Assembly: GCA_030390025.1 (NCBI GenBank)
Contig: CM059425.1
Location: forward strand, 164,116,001-164,180,000
Direction: 5' to 3'
Source of the DNA: Squalus acanthias
Taxonomy: Eukaryota
DNA length: 64,000 nt
This document shows positions 1 to 12,921 of this stretch, one piece after another (within the stretch, counting starts at the first letter, position 1; each line of letters starts with the position of its first letter). A model generated the notes under the pieces. It was not told where the DNA came from. It did no database searches and saw nothing but the letters and a program-made list of their open reading frames with translations. The position numbers and the translations under genes were made by a program.

Positions 1-299
1 GTCCAGTAGTCATTTTGGTTATCTCTTTACTTCTCCTTCCAATTTTCTCTTCTTTTCTTCCAGTCTCTCCCGAGGGTACGGACTCCTGCTGGTGTACAGT
101 TGCATGGGCGCTGGCAACCCTCGGGTATCTTGGCCCAAGTTGCCAATCTTCATATTGAAGCTTACAGTGAATATTGCCAGGCTACTGTGTTATGGGAGGC
201 AACACAGCTAAACCCGAGCTGTCCTCTCCCAATGCCCTTCACCAAAAGGCCTTATTGGATGGCAACCAGGAGTGGGAATCTTAGCTGATGTTTGGAGTG

Positions 300-690
300 G
301 GTAAAAAAGAAAGACTTACATTTATATAGCGCCTTTCATGACCACCGGACGTCTCAAAGCGCTTTACAGCCAATTAAGTACTTTTTTTGGAGTGTAGTCA
401 CTGTTGTAATGTGGGAAACGCGGCAGCCAATTTGCGCACAGCAAGCTCCCACAAACAGTAATGTGATAATGACCAGATAAACTGCTTTTGTTATGTTGAT
501 TGAGGGATAAATATTGGCCAGGACACCAGGGATAACTCCCCTACTCTTCTTCGAAATACTGCCATGGTATCTTTTACGTCCACCTGAGAGAGTTTACCGT
601 CTCATCCGAAAGACAGCACCTCTGACACTGCAGCACTCCCTCAGCACTGCACTGGAGTGTCAGCCTGGATTTATGTGCTCAAGTCCCTTA
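300..690 (-). mobile_element. DeuSINE (SacSINE1-like)
   Basis: Reverse complement of the 23100-23531 copy, with Deu-domain-like core and tail ...ggcgctatataaatgtaagtctttc. Confidence 0.75.
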
Positions 691-699
691 GGGTACAGA

Positions 700-1120
700 A
701 GAGGTTCAGTAGGACGGTGCCAGGAATTAGTTTGTGAAGAGAGCAGAGATGGTTAAGAGGAGAATCTGATAGAGGTGTTCAAAATTATGAAGGGATTCTG
801 ATAAGGTAAATAGGGAAAAACTATTTCTACTGGTTAGTAAACCGGTAACTAGAGGGGATAGGTTTAAGCTCATCACCAAAAGAATGAAGGGAGAGGTTAG
901 GAGATTTTTTTATGCAGAGAATCATTTGGATATGGCCTACCAGAAACAGAATCCATAATTAGCTTAGAAAAGAAAGAGGATAATTACTTGAAAAATAATA
1001 ATAATTTAAAGGTTTTGGGGGAAGGGCAAGGGAATGGGACAAAGCCTCTTCAGAACGCCAGTATAGGTGTGATGGGCCGAATTACAGTCTGTGCTGTAAA
1101 ATTCTATGATTCTATGGTAA
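700..1120 (+). mobile_element. Old CR1 LINE 3' fragment
   Basis: Degenerate match to the CR1 RT C-terminus (gatagaggtgttcaaaattatga...) and 3' UTR. Confidence 0.65.
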
Positions 1121-2099
1121 TTGCCGGATCTAACTTCAGAGAGGGAGCAGGTTTGTTCTGTGTAATTTGCTAACTTTAATTTTACCCCCTCTTTTGCCCT
1201 TTCATTCCCTATAATTTGGCTCACTTTCCTTCAGTTCAAAGGGTAGAATAGTCAGACTGCTACCATCTCTTGCAGTCCTGGCAATGTCATTCTATACCTT
1301 CTCTTCAAATGGTCTGCCCTGTCTTAGATTGATTTTTAATTTGTTCACTGTAAGTGTTTGCAAAGGCTGCATTCAATGCCCACTCCAGTTGCCCAGAACT
1401 GCTGTAGTGTTTGTGGTGATGTTGATAATACTCCCACAATAATGTTAGGTAGAGAATTCTACGATTGTGGAACAATGACATGAAGGATCGGTGATATATT
1501 TCCAAGTCATGATGGTGTTTGACTTAGGGAGGAAATTGGAAGTGATTGTGTTCCCATGTTATTGATGCTCTTGTCCTTCTCAAAGGTAAAAGTTGCAAGG
1601 CTGGGAAGTGCATTTGAGGTAACCTTGATGGATTAATGCAGTGCATCCTGTAGATAGTACATACTGTAGCCACAGTGAGCCGGTGTGGCTGGGCTGATTT
1701 AGTCCAGTGATAGAGGGACTAATCAAGCAGACTATTTTGTCCTAGTGAAGTGCTGCATCTAGCAGCCCAGACAAGAACAAACTCATTTCAGTCTCTAACG
1801 ACATTAGATTTGGGGTTCAGGCGTGACTTCTACCTGTAGGTCAGAATGTCACCTTTTGCAAAAAGAATTGATTTTGTGTCTATTTTATTCTGTGGAAAAG
1901 AGGAAATATGTAGCAATATTGTTATATAAACACTTAACTCAAATGGTTAATGCCTCTTGTTAACATACCAAAAACAAGAATTTAATAGGAGCTTGTTAAG
2001 TGTTTGTAACATGATGGAGTCTGCAGTTATTCCGCTGTAGGAGGCATGAGGATGAGTTTTCAGGTTAGCGAGACAGAGCTTCATAGTAGAAATTAAACA

Positions 2100-2300
2100 A
2101 AGAAAGAAAAAACTTGCATTTATAAAGCACCTCAGGAAGTCCCAAAGCTCTCCACAGCCAATTAATTATTTTGAAGTTTAGTCACTGTTGCAATGTGGGG
2201 AAGCGCAGCAACCAATTTGCACTTATAGCAAGGTCCCAAAAACAGCAATGAGAGAAATGAGCAGTTAATCTGTTTTGGTGGTGTTGGATAATTAGTTTGA
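2100..2300 (-). mobile_element. DeuSINE 3' fragment
   Basis: Same tail as 300-520. Confidence 0.65.
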
Positions 2301-2576
2301 TGTTTAAGCAGGGCTACAGGATCTTTTGTTTCAGTCAAACTAAAGAAAAGCAACTAACCGTTATTGCAGATCACAACACCCCTATTAGCAACTAATCCAT
2401 TCCAAAACCAAACTACTTTGAATAAGCTTGCCTGGTCAGTAAGGAGATAACAAACATTAAGAGTTAATTTTAGATGAGAGGACAAGACAAAAGCAAATCT
2501 ATATCTTCCACCATTGAAGTACGTTATAAACATCTCTCCCACATATTGAATTGGAAATGTTCTCATTCAGCTATAC

Positions 2577-2665
2577 CTCCAACTTTTGAATTGTAAGCCA
2601 CTCCCACTCCGCATTTCTTGTTATTGGCTTGCATTGCAATTTCCCCAGCACACCTGGTACCGTGC
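2577..2665 (-). CDS. PCSK1: PCSK1 coding exon 6 (catalytic His); gene continues left of the window
   Basis: (K)[29 protein letters not shown](G) (89 nt). T-tract acceptor, donor gtatag, and phase matches exon 5. Confidence 0.97.
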
Positions 2666-4434
2666 CTAAAAAAATAATCAGACAGATTAGAATTTGTCAA
2701 ATCCAGAAGAGAACTTGTTGCCTCATTTTTTGCAGGCTGTGTTATGTACAGTTTATAGTACAAAATGTACTCTGCTACTGTACTGACACATATTTACATT
2801 AAGGTCAACATTGAAACTTAAAGTGACACTCTTGATTGTGATACAGCATAATAAAATCTCATAATGTTAGTATTATTCTGATAAAAGTATAGTGTGCCTT
2901 GTAGCTGGCATACAGTTGGTGTAAACTCCTAGGACACTTGCTGCTTGGCAGGTAACCTGAAGTTCAGAACACATCAGAAAAGCCTCCAAAAATAAAACCT
3001 TGCTTAGCTTTCAGCTGTCCTACTGAAAACTGGGTCAAACAGTCAAGCTCATACCTTCTATCGCTTGTTTAAACCACTGTAGACTAACTCTCAGTAGAGG
3101 TTAATATGACCACCATGTGAATTCTTTTCAAAGCCTCCTCGTGCTTATTTCAATTTTGAGAACAGACAACAGTAAATGCTGCTGCCCACAGTTCCTAGTT
3201 GTTGATATGATCACAATATAGATACTAAACTTGAATGAAGTGTCTGCACTCCAAGTAAACATATACAGTACCAGCAGCTGAAACCTTCACATTGTGACAA
3301 TGTTTGTACACAGGAACATGAGAAAGCATGGAACAAGAAAAGCCTGCTCTTTCCACAAGACCATACAGGAAAAGGAATGAGAAGTCTGTTTGTAGTATTT
3401 GGCTCTGGTCTACCGGAGAAGCTTTTCAGCACCCACTGATCAATGGCTGTTTAGTTTCCCTCTGATTTGTATCAATACCCTTTCAGTGCTGTGTGCTAGA
3501 TTAGGATTCCACCTCTTATATTTATCTGAATTTGCAATAATTCTCTGAATCTGCAATCATTCTCTAAAATGACTATCATTTACGTCTCCTCACGGAGGTA
3601 AATGTGACGAGGTGACCCATGAGAATTGCTGTGGTGGATTCCCAGAGCGGTGTGGAATCCTTGGTTCTCACCAATGCAGCAAGCCCTCACATGGGCAGGT
3701 GTATTATGATGCCATGCCAATGAGGCAAATACGGCGTACAACATTTTTCAACATGTCCTTTGTGTGCTAGCATTGTTGGTTGCAAGGGACATCTGAGCGT
3801 TTCTGGCATCCAGCCTTGCTGAGGACCTCAGGGAAGGGGATTAAAAGGCTATTTTCCCAACAGAGCAAAACTGCAGTAGGGAAATGGCAACATTCTAAAC
3901 CAGGCCAGTTTTAACATTTTTTCCACTTATACGGCGGCAAAGCACTGCAGCGAGTTTCTACTCTCCCACCTGAGGTGGCTATTCCAGTCACAGTGCAAAT
4001 GGTGCGGGCACCTGCCAAAATGCATTAATGTCTTCGACCGAGATGCAAAAAACTGGAAGTCCCACCCTGCTGAGAACTCACTACTGTTGCAGCAGTAAGG
4101 AAAGTTATGGCCTTGGTTTCTAATAATGGGAGACATAGACAGTCCTGGTCGTTGTTCTGCTGGAAACAGTAGGTTCAGAGATTCAATGAAGATTGTCTGA
4201 AGTCCTGCAGTGAATTGAATTTCCAATGGGTGTGCACAAGAAACAGTTCAAATGAGATTTGAATCATTTGGGTGTAATTCTGTCACCCCACAATAGTGAA
4301 TTTGAATATGATCACGTGTATTGCAGCAAAATTAGATATGTTACGCAAAAGTATTTTTGGCTCTAGACAAATTGGATTTAGCTCTGCACTTGTAGAACAA
4401 ATTCCCAGTGCAAAAACTAATGAGTGTAAAATTA

Positions 4435-4803
4435 GGGGTATGGTAGCATTGTGGTTAGGGTTAGCATTGAGTTCAAATCCCACCATGGCAGCTGGGGAAT
4501 TTAAATTCAGTAAATTAAATAAATCTTGAATAAGAAGCTAGTATCAGTAATGGTGACCATGAAACTATCGGATTGTCGTAAAAACCCATCTGGTTCACTA
4601 ATGTCCTTTCGGGAAGGAAATCTGCCATCCTTACCTGGTCTGGCCTATATGTGACTCCAGACCCACAGCAAGGTGGTTGGCTCTTAACTGCCCTCTGCGG
4701 TTCAAGGTGACGGCTCACCACCACCTTCTCAAGGGCAATTGGAGATGGGCAATAAATGCTGGCCTTGCCAGCTACGCCCACATCCCATGAACGAAAAAAA
4801 AAA
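4435..4803 (+). mobile_element. tRNA-headed SINE with CR1-family-2 3' tail
   Basis: A/B-box-like head (tggtagcattgtggtta...gagttcaaatcc). The tail caccaccaccttctcaagggcaatt...gcccacatcccatga is shared with the LINE ends at 29256 and 54180. Confidence 0.7.
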
Positions 4804-4832
4804 TTCCTGTCAGTAATTTTAGTGAAAAGTCA

Positions 4833-6410
4833 GGCCACAAATTTAATGGAGGAGGCGGGATGGTGTTGGGATAGCTGGTTTCCTGGTTCCGATCCCACTC
4901 CCAGCTTCAGCCGCTCTGTAAATGTGAATTTCCCTTGATTGGCCTTGTTAAGTCCGCCCTGCGGACTTCCCGGCCAATTAACAGGAAGCGGGTCTGATGA
5001 CGTCAGTTGATGACGTGTCATCAGCCGGTTTCCTTAAAGGGACCATGTCCACATGGAGTTTGACAGTTGTTCTGTCAGTGTTTGACAGCATTGAGGTGCT
5101 GCAAACACTGACAAGCACTGCACAAAGGTGAACGCTTGCATCCAGGCTCTCCAATGACTCCCTCCATATGCTTAGGAGGGCAAAAGCAGGGATGTCGTCA
5201 GGGGTCCCTGGCTGCAGTGGCACTAACCTTTCAATGATCTCAATGGATCATGAAACGTTACTGCAGAGCCACACTCAAACTCAACCTGCTGTGCCACTCA
5301 ACACATCCCTATCACTCTGCCTTCCATGGCCTTCTCCTGCACATCCTTACTCACACCAACTTACATTATCAGTTCCCCATCTCACTAGCCACCCTTCACA
5401 CTCACCCTCATCCTACTGCAAGCATACCAACTAACAACACACAAGGGTAGGCACTTGAGAGGTTTAGCCAATGTCCATGTGAAGTTTCTGGTAATGTGTT
5501 GTCATACAGTGAAATCTATATTTTCAACACTGCCCCTTATTGGACAGATCTGTGCGCACCTTGAGAAGTGTCTTTCTGAGTTCCAGTGAATGTTGAGACA
5601 TAACTTCACCCCCACCCCACCCCCCCACCACCGCCTCCCCCCGCTATAGTGATGTGTGTGCATGGAATGGCTTGGACATTAAAGGGATGCATCACGGTGC
5701 TGGTGTGGGATGGTATCAACCTGGCGCATCATGTGGCAGCCAGGGTTTACAGCGTCAAGTGAAGAAAATCTAGCCATGGTGATGCCATCGCTGGCCTCCC
5801 AGGCACCAATGTTGTCAGGGGCTGATGCCCTCTGTCCAGTGCAGCATCAGGTGATGGCGGAGAAAGTTAGTGATGTTATTGGTGATGTTGGTGTGCCTGG
5901 TGATGTTGGTGTTGGGGCTGATCGTGGAAGGATTCGGAGGACCAAGGTCTGATTTTTTCAAGGGCACCGATGTTGCTGCAATAGATGGCAGCTGCAGGTG
6001 AGATGACCGAAGCGATCTGTCAATGGTGAGAGAGGTTCTCCCAATGAGGTGGCACTGGGCATACAGTTGGATATAAAAACTTGTAAGCTAAAGAAATCTC
6101 TGTAAGTATAAAAAATGCAGTAACCAACATTTTCTGTGCTCTGAAACTCACCATCTGCAACATGGCATCCTTGACACCACTTCTGCAGCTGTCAGCTTAT
6201 CAGAAACATCAGAGCAGACTCAAAACACGCCAGGTTGAGCTGGCGTGTTCCCCGAGCAGTGGGTAACCCGTGGGGAGAATGTAAAATTTGAAGGAAGCCT
6301 CAAAATAGTCTTAAATTGGCTCTTAACAAGCCATTTAACAAGCTGAATTGTCTCCCCCGCCACTTGGTGTCGGGTCAGTTCACCGCTGACAGACCCGACA
6401 CCTGGGGAAC
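4833..6410 (+). mobile_element. Internally deleted Harbinger element, right end missing
   Basis: Left TIR GGCCACAAATTT and a Myb-gene promoter module. 5735-5810 resembles the transposase 3' end at 17145-17223, and 6138-6410 matches 31290-31560. Confidence 0.7.
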
Positions 6411-7065
6411 AGAACATGTTTTCACATTTTGCACTCAGTATCAGCATTGTGTACTCCTAGATCATGGTCAATACCACAGCAAAACTCTTTCTACACTACC
6501 CCAATCACAGGGGAGAATCTCAGCAGTGTTCTCTCGATCTTCCACTGTAACCTTAGCGGAAATCCTGGAGAAACAGCTGTTTTAAGTTGTTTACGTAATT
6601 TCTCCAAGGGTGCTGTTGAAAATCCGGGAGTAGATCAGGGGAACCCCAGTGGAAATTCCAGGTGCATGTATCTTATTACCCTCCTTCCCCAGAATCCCCT
6701 TCAGTACAAGTATGGACCTCCTGTTTCCTATATCAATTATCCTTGTGACAACTTGGTACTATGAACCCATGCCAACTTGGGCCTGGGATCAAACTACCCA
6801 AACTCAGTTTACATTAGATAGCTTTAATTGCCAAAAACTGTAGTCTTTTATTTTACCAGTGCAAGCTGATTTAAACCCATGTCCCATTGGTCCACAAGCA
6901 AAAGAAATTCCCCAGGAAATTCTTCAGAGCTGCTGCCATAACTTCATCGGAAGCACGGTAGTGATTTGCGCTGTACTTCCAGCAAAGTTATTGCGGTAGA
7001 GGAAATTACTGACCATTGTGAGAGGTTTCAGTGTGTTTTATGTTTTATTATACGTGCAAACTTAC

Positions 7066-7142
7066 TTATTCTCATTAGTTGGGTCGTATCTAGGAAATGG
7101 ATCAGGGTCATTATCATTAAAATCATAGCTTGCTTCTGGATC
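7066..7142 (-). CDS. PCSK1: PCSK1 coding exon 5
   Basis: DPEASYDFNDNDPDPFPRYDPTNEN(K) (77 nt). Acceptor ctatag, phase-2 donor gtaag. Confidence 0.98.
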
Positions 7143-8140
7143 CTATAGAAGTAAAAATGGTAAATAAAAGCATTAGTAGTCAAGTATCACAGAAATTTTT
7201 TATTTTCAACTTTGATATTTAATTTGTTTGACTTAGGTAGAATATTGCTCAGGAATATTTGCAATCCAGGTCTACAGAGGCTTGTTTTAAAATTAAAATG
7301 TTGTGATTAGCTTTCATATCAATGCAATCAGTTTTACTGCTGTAATGAAAAAGATCACAATCAATAGCAAGAGCTGACACTTATGGTGTTGGTACTATTA
7401 TATTTCATTAAAATTTACAGATATTTGCAAGTAGATCATGTAATAATTTGTCTCTTGCGTGAAGATTTCCCAGTTGGTTATAAATAATAAAAATAATTGT
7501 ATCCTTTTGTGATTAATAAACTATTTCAGACCAAAGTACAAGTATTAGTTAATGTAGCATATATCAGTGACCGAAACTAGGTCTGGCCTCTGTCACTCAG
7601 TACCGCACCATGTGGTGTATTTGCCCACTAAGTCACTTAGATAGTCCAATGTCAGAGTATTTTTTTAATTGAAGTTTGGGGAGTAGCTTACACCCATGTT
7701 ATTACAGTCCATTGTAAAATGATGTTGTTGAGGAAAATCCCATGTCTTCAGTGTGTATATGTCTCCAGCCTCTCCTTGTGACACCTTATTTTTAACATAG
7801 CGCTTTTGCTTTCAGCTCTATAGATTTCCAATATTGACAAATTGCCAATACATCAGTTAACACCAAGAATTGAGATACCAGCAATTTATTTTAGTTTTGA
7901 ATAGATCGTGGAAGTCAATTGGTTTCATTTAAAGAACTAAACAAAGGGGAATAGTGATAAATAGATACAGAAATAACATAATAAAATAATTTTGCAATAT
8001 TCACTGCCTCAATCATATCAGTATAGTTAATTTGTTTGTGATAAACATTGAGAGTCTTGTGATAAACATTGAGAGTCTATAGATCTAAATCATTTAATAT
8101 TATAGCTGTCTATATATTATTGGTCCACATTAAATTCTTT

Positions 8141-8788
8141 TGGCTAGAAATTGGGCACCTTAGCGCCTCCCGTTATCGGAGGTTTGCGGCGGCGGTATGG
8201 CGTTGCGCCCCGTTCTCCTTCGCCCGGAGATCGTGACGTCATCGCCGTGTGCATCGCCCCGGTTGCGCCCTGGACCCGAACTTCGGTTCTGCCCCGGCAG
8301 AATCGCCGGACGAAAACACCAGCAGCTGCAGGAGGCGTTCATCGGGAAGCCGGGCGCTTTGGGGGCGATACTTAAAGGCTGAGGAAAGTGGAAAAAAATC
8401 TCAAATGCTCTTTCTGTTTTTTTTTCATTTTTCTTCGCCAGGGATCGATCAGTCCGGCACTCTGCTGCAGTGCATCGGGCTGATCGGACCGGCTCGTGGC
8501 TGCCGTCGGGGACCAGGTAAGTTTTTTCCTTGCAGAGCCTGCAGCAATGGCCCTTCCCTTTAAGGGAGGGAAGGAGCCTTCCAACACGGCAGCGCTGCAC
8601 ACCTACCGCCCCGCCTGCTGCCTGTTGCACTCCAGGAAAGAAGTGGAGCGCTTGATGTAGCAGTCCACTTCCTTCCTGGAGCGCAAAACCGAATTTTTTT
8701 AAAGTTGAAAAACATTAGCGGCTGGCGCTAATTTTTTCAACTTTTAAAAGTTAGTGTCCCAAACGAGGCTATAATGAATTTCTCCCCC
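8141..8788. mobile_element. Non-autonomous Harbinger-type MITE (TTAGCGCC family) in PCSK1 intron 4
   Basis: Imperfect TIRs TGGCTAGAAATT / AATTTCTCCCCC, TTT on both sides, CpG-rich interior. Confidence 0.75.
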
Positions 8789-9319
8789 TTTGTTCATTAT
8801 GGTTTAACATTTTTATAAATTCTGTGATAATTGAAATGTATTAAAAAGTGAGTTTGTCATGATTTTGATGGAAATAAACTATTATATTAAAACAAGTCTA
8901 GTAATATATGTCAAGATACATATCTGTACATGTATATATACAATTTCTATCAATTCTCGGGCCTTTTGGTTCGGGTACACGCTGCCTCCAAAAATGGGCC
9001 CAAGCTAATTTCTACCTCGTCTACATGCAGTAACTGGGTGCCCTTCCAAATCCCTACGTGAACTGAATGAGACTGTCATGTAACCTAGGCTGGATTTGTG
9101 CTGCAGGAAAGGACAGCCCATACTGCAAAGGAGATAAAGCTCACAGGGGAAGGAGTGACAAATATATGAAATTTGACCCCCTACAAAGAGGCTCAGATTA
9201 AAAATGGTATCATAATTTATGCAGAGGGAAAATGTGACAATGCCTATCCCTGTTCACTAAGGTGATACCTTTTGATCATGTTTTCATCCGTTGAAAGAAA
9301 GATAGAAAGAAATATACAG

Positions 9320-9460
9320 TAGTGCATTTTGGGGGTGAAAGGTTATCGGGGGTAGGCGGGAATGTGGAGTAATCAGATCAGTCATGATTTTATTGAATGG
9401 CGGAGCAGACTCGAGGGGCTGAGTGGCCTACTCCTGCTCCTAATTCGTATGTTCGTATGT
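9320..9460 (+). mobile_element. CR1 3' tail
   Basis: gaatggcggagcag...ggcctactcctgctcctaattcgtatgttcgtatg, the CR1 terminal hairpin plus 8-bp repeats. Confidence 0.75.
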
Positions 9461-9509
9461 CCTGGTTATTCATAGGGTCTAGTTCAAGCAATTATATAAT
9501 AATTCTATA

Positions 9510-9690
9510 TTCCTTGTCTGTGGCGGTCTATTGACTATATGTTCAGTTTTTACAGTGTCTACAGGCTAAGTGTTCAGTTTTTGTGAGGGTCTATTGACTA
9601 TATGTTCAGTTGGGGTGGTGTGCTATGTGTTCAGTTTTTGTGGTGGTTTATTGGCTGTATGGTCAGTTTTTATGGTTTTCTATTGGCTCT
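9510..9690. repeat. Degenerate ~30-bp tandem repeat
   Basis: Recurring units of tatgttcagtttt...ggtctattgac. Confidence 0.5.
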
Positions 9691-10556
9691 GTACTTTTGC
9701 CTTTCCTGACCGTCTTACCTTTTCTTCCCCTTCCTCATGCTCAGTGTGCACTTCATATCTACTGCCCTATAAAGTGCTTTGAGATGTCTCTTCGTAGGTA
9801 ATATAGAAATGTAAGTTGTTGTTGATGTGTCCAGACTTTGTGGTGGTCCATTGTCTATGTGTCCAGTTATCATAATACTCTGGTGGGTGTTCAACCAATT
9901 TTTGGTGTTCTGGTCATTATGAACTCATCTGCTACTCTCTTGACCTAAGTAATTTTGGTAGTCTCTCAAAGAGAATTCACCAGATTCCCTTGCAAGCTAT
10001 TTGCAGTGGGTTTGTATTCAAAACACTGGCAAGTTAGTAGCAGAATGAGTCTGTCTCCCTGGCAGTCTATTTAGGTTTCCATTGTTTGCGCTCCGGCCTT
10101 GCTTATTTAGAATTCAGATTCAGAGTTTTGGATGATTGGAGTCTGAATTCATCCATATACTCATCCTCTCTATGTGGGTCCCCATATCAACTCAGCACAA
10201 CTGAGATTCCTGTTTACTCATCCTTATCAATGCCGATATTTATTAAACAATCTATAAAATTCATTTTGAAGCATTAAACCAAATACAAGAATCCGCACCT
10301 AGTTTTAAGGTCGGAGGTTTAACTTCCATAATAAATGGAATGCAATCTATTCTCAGTATCCCACCAGAGAAAATCCAAAAGTGAAATTTTGGAACCCACA
10401 GCGCAGAACGTATTCCTTGAGCCCTGGCCATCTGTTACTGCCCATAAATAGTTGTGGTTACATAAAATGTTATTGAATCCATATTTCAGTTTCAGGAGAG
10501 TATCATTAACCACGAAGACAAGTAAACCTAAAAATATTCCTTTCAGTGTTACTTAC

Positions 10557-10703
10557 ATAATTTGCTTGAATATCCGTGTGGTTCCATTCCAATCCATCAT
10601 CGAGCACAGTAAGCACAATTCCTTTGCCAGTTATTCCCTTTTTCCACACTGGGATAACATGAAGGTCCAGTTTCGGGAGGGATGACGAAGTCCTTGTATC
10701 TTG
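10557..10703 (-). CDS. PCSK1: PCSK1 coding exon 4 (catalytic Asp)
   Basis: [49 protein letters not shown] (147 nt), including LDDG and the NHT sequon. Acceptor ctaaag, donor gtaagt. Confidence 0.98.
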
Positions 10704-11374
10704 CTTTAGAATGAGGAATATGTAAAATGTAATGAGTTCGGTAATATATTTTTTTCAAAGTGCCATCTCTCAAAGATGAGTTTTCCTTTGAAGCTAAGAG
10801 CTTTGAACAGCAAGCAATTAATTAGTAGATAAATAATTGAAAGTTGTGGGTGGCTGTTGAGAGCTCTGCTGAATCATAGCTTACACAAATGTACCCCTGT
10901 CTCCACAGAAATTACCGTCAAGCATGACTCATCCATCTCTGCTCTTCTGTCAGAAGGATCTATAGTGACTGTTCTTTGAAATGTATGATCCTTTTCTTTC
11001 CCACCTCACATTGGAGTATATCATAGACATCTTTTTCTCTCAATAAGAAACCAATTCTGCTTTTGTCTCCATTCATTCAGGCCGCTGCATGTTATTGGTG
11101 TTGTGTGATGCATTTGACTGCAACCCGAATATATGTGAAACTGTTAATCATTGTTGAGTAAAATATACTGAGGTACGCAAACAAAGCCAAAAGCTAATTT
11201 GCACCTGCCTCCACAATTTGTTTAACCTTTCTTCATGCTGAGTAGTTCAATAACACCAAATGAAAAGTTTGTGATCTCAACACAGTTTCTAGAAGAGACC
11301 CAAAGCACAACCAAATAGCCTGCAAATTGGCACAAAACTAGCAATTGCAATCAGAAATTAATAAAAGCACTTAC

Positions 11375-11497
11375 TAGATACCATTGTTGATTCCACATGG
11401 GATCGCTAAACATTTTCTCTGCCATGCAGTCTATACAGTGCCTTGCTGGAGAACGCTTACTTCTTTGCTTTTCATACTGTTGTTCTGCCCAAGACAC
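11375..11497 (-). CDS. PCSK1: PCSK1 coding exon 3 (primary autocleavage site RSKR, start of mature enzyme)
   Basis: [41 protein letters not shown] (123 nt). Acceptor ccatag, donor gtaagt. Confidence 0.97.
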
Positions 11498-12545
11498 CTA
11501 TGGTTAAGCAACACACAAAAGAATAACATGAGAGTGACTATACTGCAGCTTGTTATTTGTTATATCATTCACATGCACTGTGATACAAGCGAGACAGAAT
11601 GTAATGAGACATCATTTATTCTTTTGTCTAAAAAATGGGATAAATATCCTTCTCCATTGTTATTCACATGTCGCTAATGGCAGAAACACATGGGCCAGGA
11701 ATTTCCTCAGCAATGCTCCCCCTTCACTGCCATAACTTGGTAAAAATTTAAATTTTTTTGTTGATGAGCAGAGCTAAATATAGTCATTGATTGGAATGCA
11801 ATCCCTTGGATTAACAGAGTGGTTGTTTATCTTCCTTTAATCTACATGGAACAGGGCTACTGAAACACCACCATTAATTAGTGTAAACAAGGGTTGTCAA
11901 AATGGTTTCTTTATGATTTTAATTCATGCTGGTGTACAGTTTCACAGGTGATAATGGTTCTGTGGTACATTGCACAACATACACACTTGATGTGTGAGCC
12001 TGGACAATGTAAGGATTGTTTTACAAGGTTCCACTAGACGGGAGCACCATGTCACAGTATCGGTCCTATAGTGTTACAGTCCTGTTGCCCACCCATGTAC
12101 CCATTTAGTTAGACTCCACACTGAGAACACGTAAGGGCTATCAAAGCTCAACTTAATCCTTTACTAATCATGTCCACACAAATGCACTTCCATTATAGTT
12201 GCTGAATAGCAATTAGGAGCGGGGACCTCAGTTAATTTCTTTTCCCCTTTTCCTAGTCAGGAGCTGCTGATTCCGTCGATTTCAATGAATGAAAATCAGA
12301 CATGTTCTATAAGAGAGGACGATCCGCCTTGCCAGATTGCCGCCAAAGTGGTGAAGAGCAAAATCTTCGAAAAGTGATTATATAGACTAGCTCTTTATGA
12401 CGTGAATAATTGTAAAATAGGAAATACTACATCATAAATGTATTTTTTCCTGTAAACTCAGTATTAATCATTCTTAATTTCATTTAACTGTTTAAATATA
12501 TCATTTATCATGTCTTACTTAATATTCTTAGGAAATTAATCATAC

Positions 12546-12650
12546 CCGTTCATCTTCAGATAATCGTTTTGTAAAGTGGTCAGCACTCCTTCGAGACCTT
12601 CTTGGGTGAATTTTGTGCCTAAGTAAATAGTGATTTTGAAGTGCTCCAAT
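12546..12650 (-). CDS. PCSK1: PCSK1 coding exon 2 (prodomain, secondary cleavage site RRSRR)
   Basis: Manual translation gives [35 protein letters not shown] (105 nt). Acceptor ttcttag, donor gtatg. Confidence 0.97.
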
Positions 12651-12749
12651 CTAAGAAGGTAAAGATTGAAGAGAATGTTCAATATGAATGAAAGTATTAG
12701 ATTAGGTGCAAGCAGCAAAATGACATTTTATTCATAAAGTTTATTTTTT

Positions 12750-12921
12750 TACTGAAGTACCTGCTGAGTTCTCTAGATTCAGAAATTGTGCCTTTGGATT
12801 GTAAAATTGCAAATGTCACTCTATTATTTAAGAAGAGAGGAGGGAAAAACGAGGTAACTACAGACTGGTCAGCTTAACATCAGTTATGGGGAAGTTACTG
12901 GAATCTATCATCAGAGATAGT
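12750..12921 (+). mobile_element. Old CR1 RT fragment, left half (host of the Harbinger; resumes at 18932-19160)
   Basis: NYRLVSLTSVMGKLLESIIRDS joins VTERLDKH across the insertion. Confidence 0.8.

Noticed and set aside
1..290. Ancient SINE-like repeat (similar at ~12000-12270 and ~34990-35160)
   Set aside because: Only patchy similarity by eye; family and boundaries cannot be supported.
1..2576. PCSK1 exon 7 (IRMLDG...)
   Set aside because: No matching sequence found; the exon presumably lies left of the window.
2563..2763. 66-aa ORF as a separate gene
   Set aside because: It is exon 6 read through flanking intron. The gtatag donor is weak-looking but in the expected position and phase.
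6505..6920. Further old MITEs (also ~3560-4230, 8955-9020, 54950-55620)
   Set aside because: TIR-like ends are visible but too degenerate to pair or assign a TSD.
8036..8077. 21-bp tandem duplication
   Set aside because: Ordinary slippage in an intron.
9510..9690. CRISPR-like array (also 61420-61600)
   Set aside because: Eukaryotic degenerate tandem repeats with no constant repeat/unique spacer pattern.
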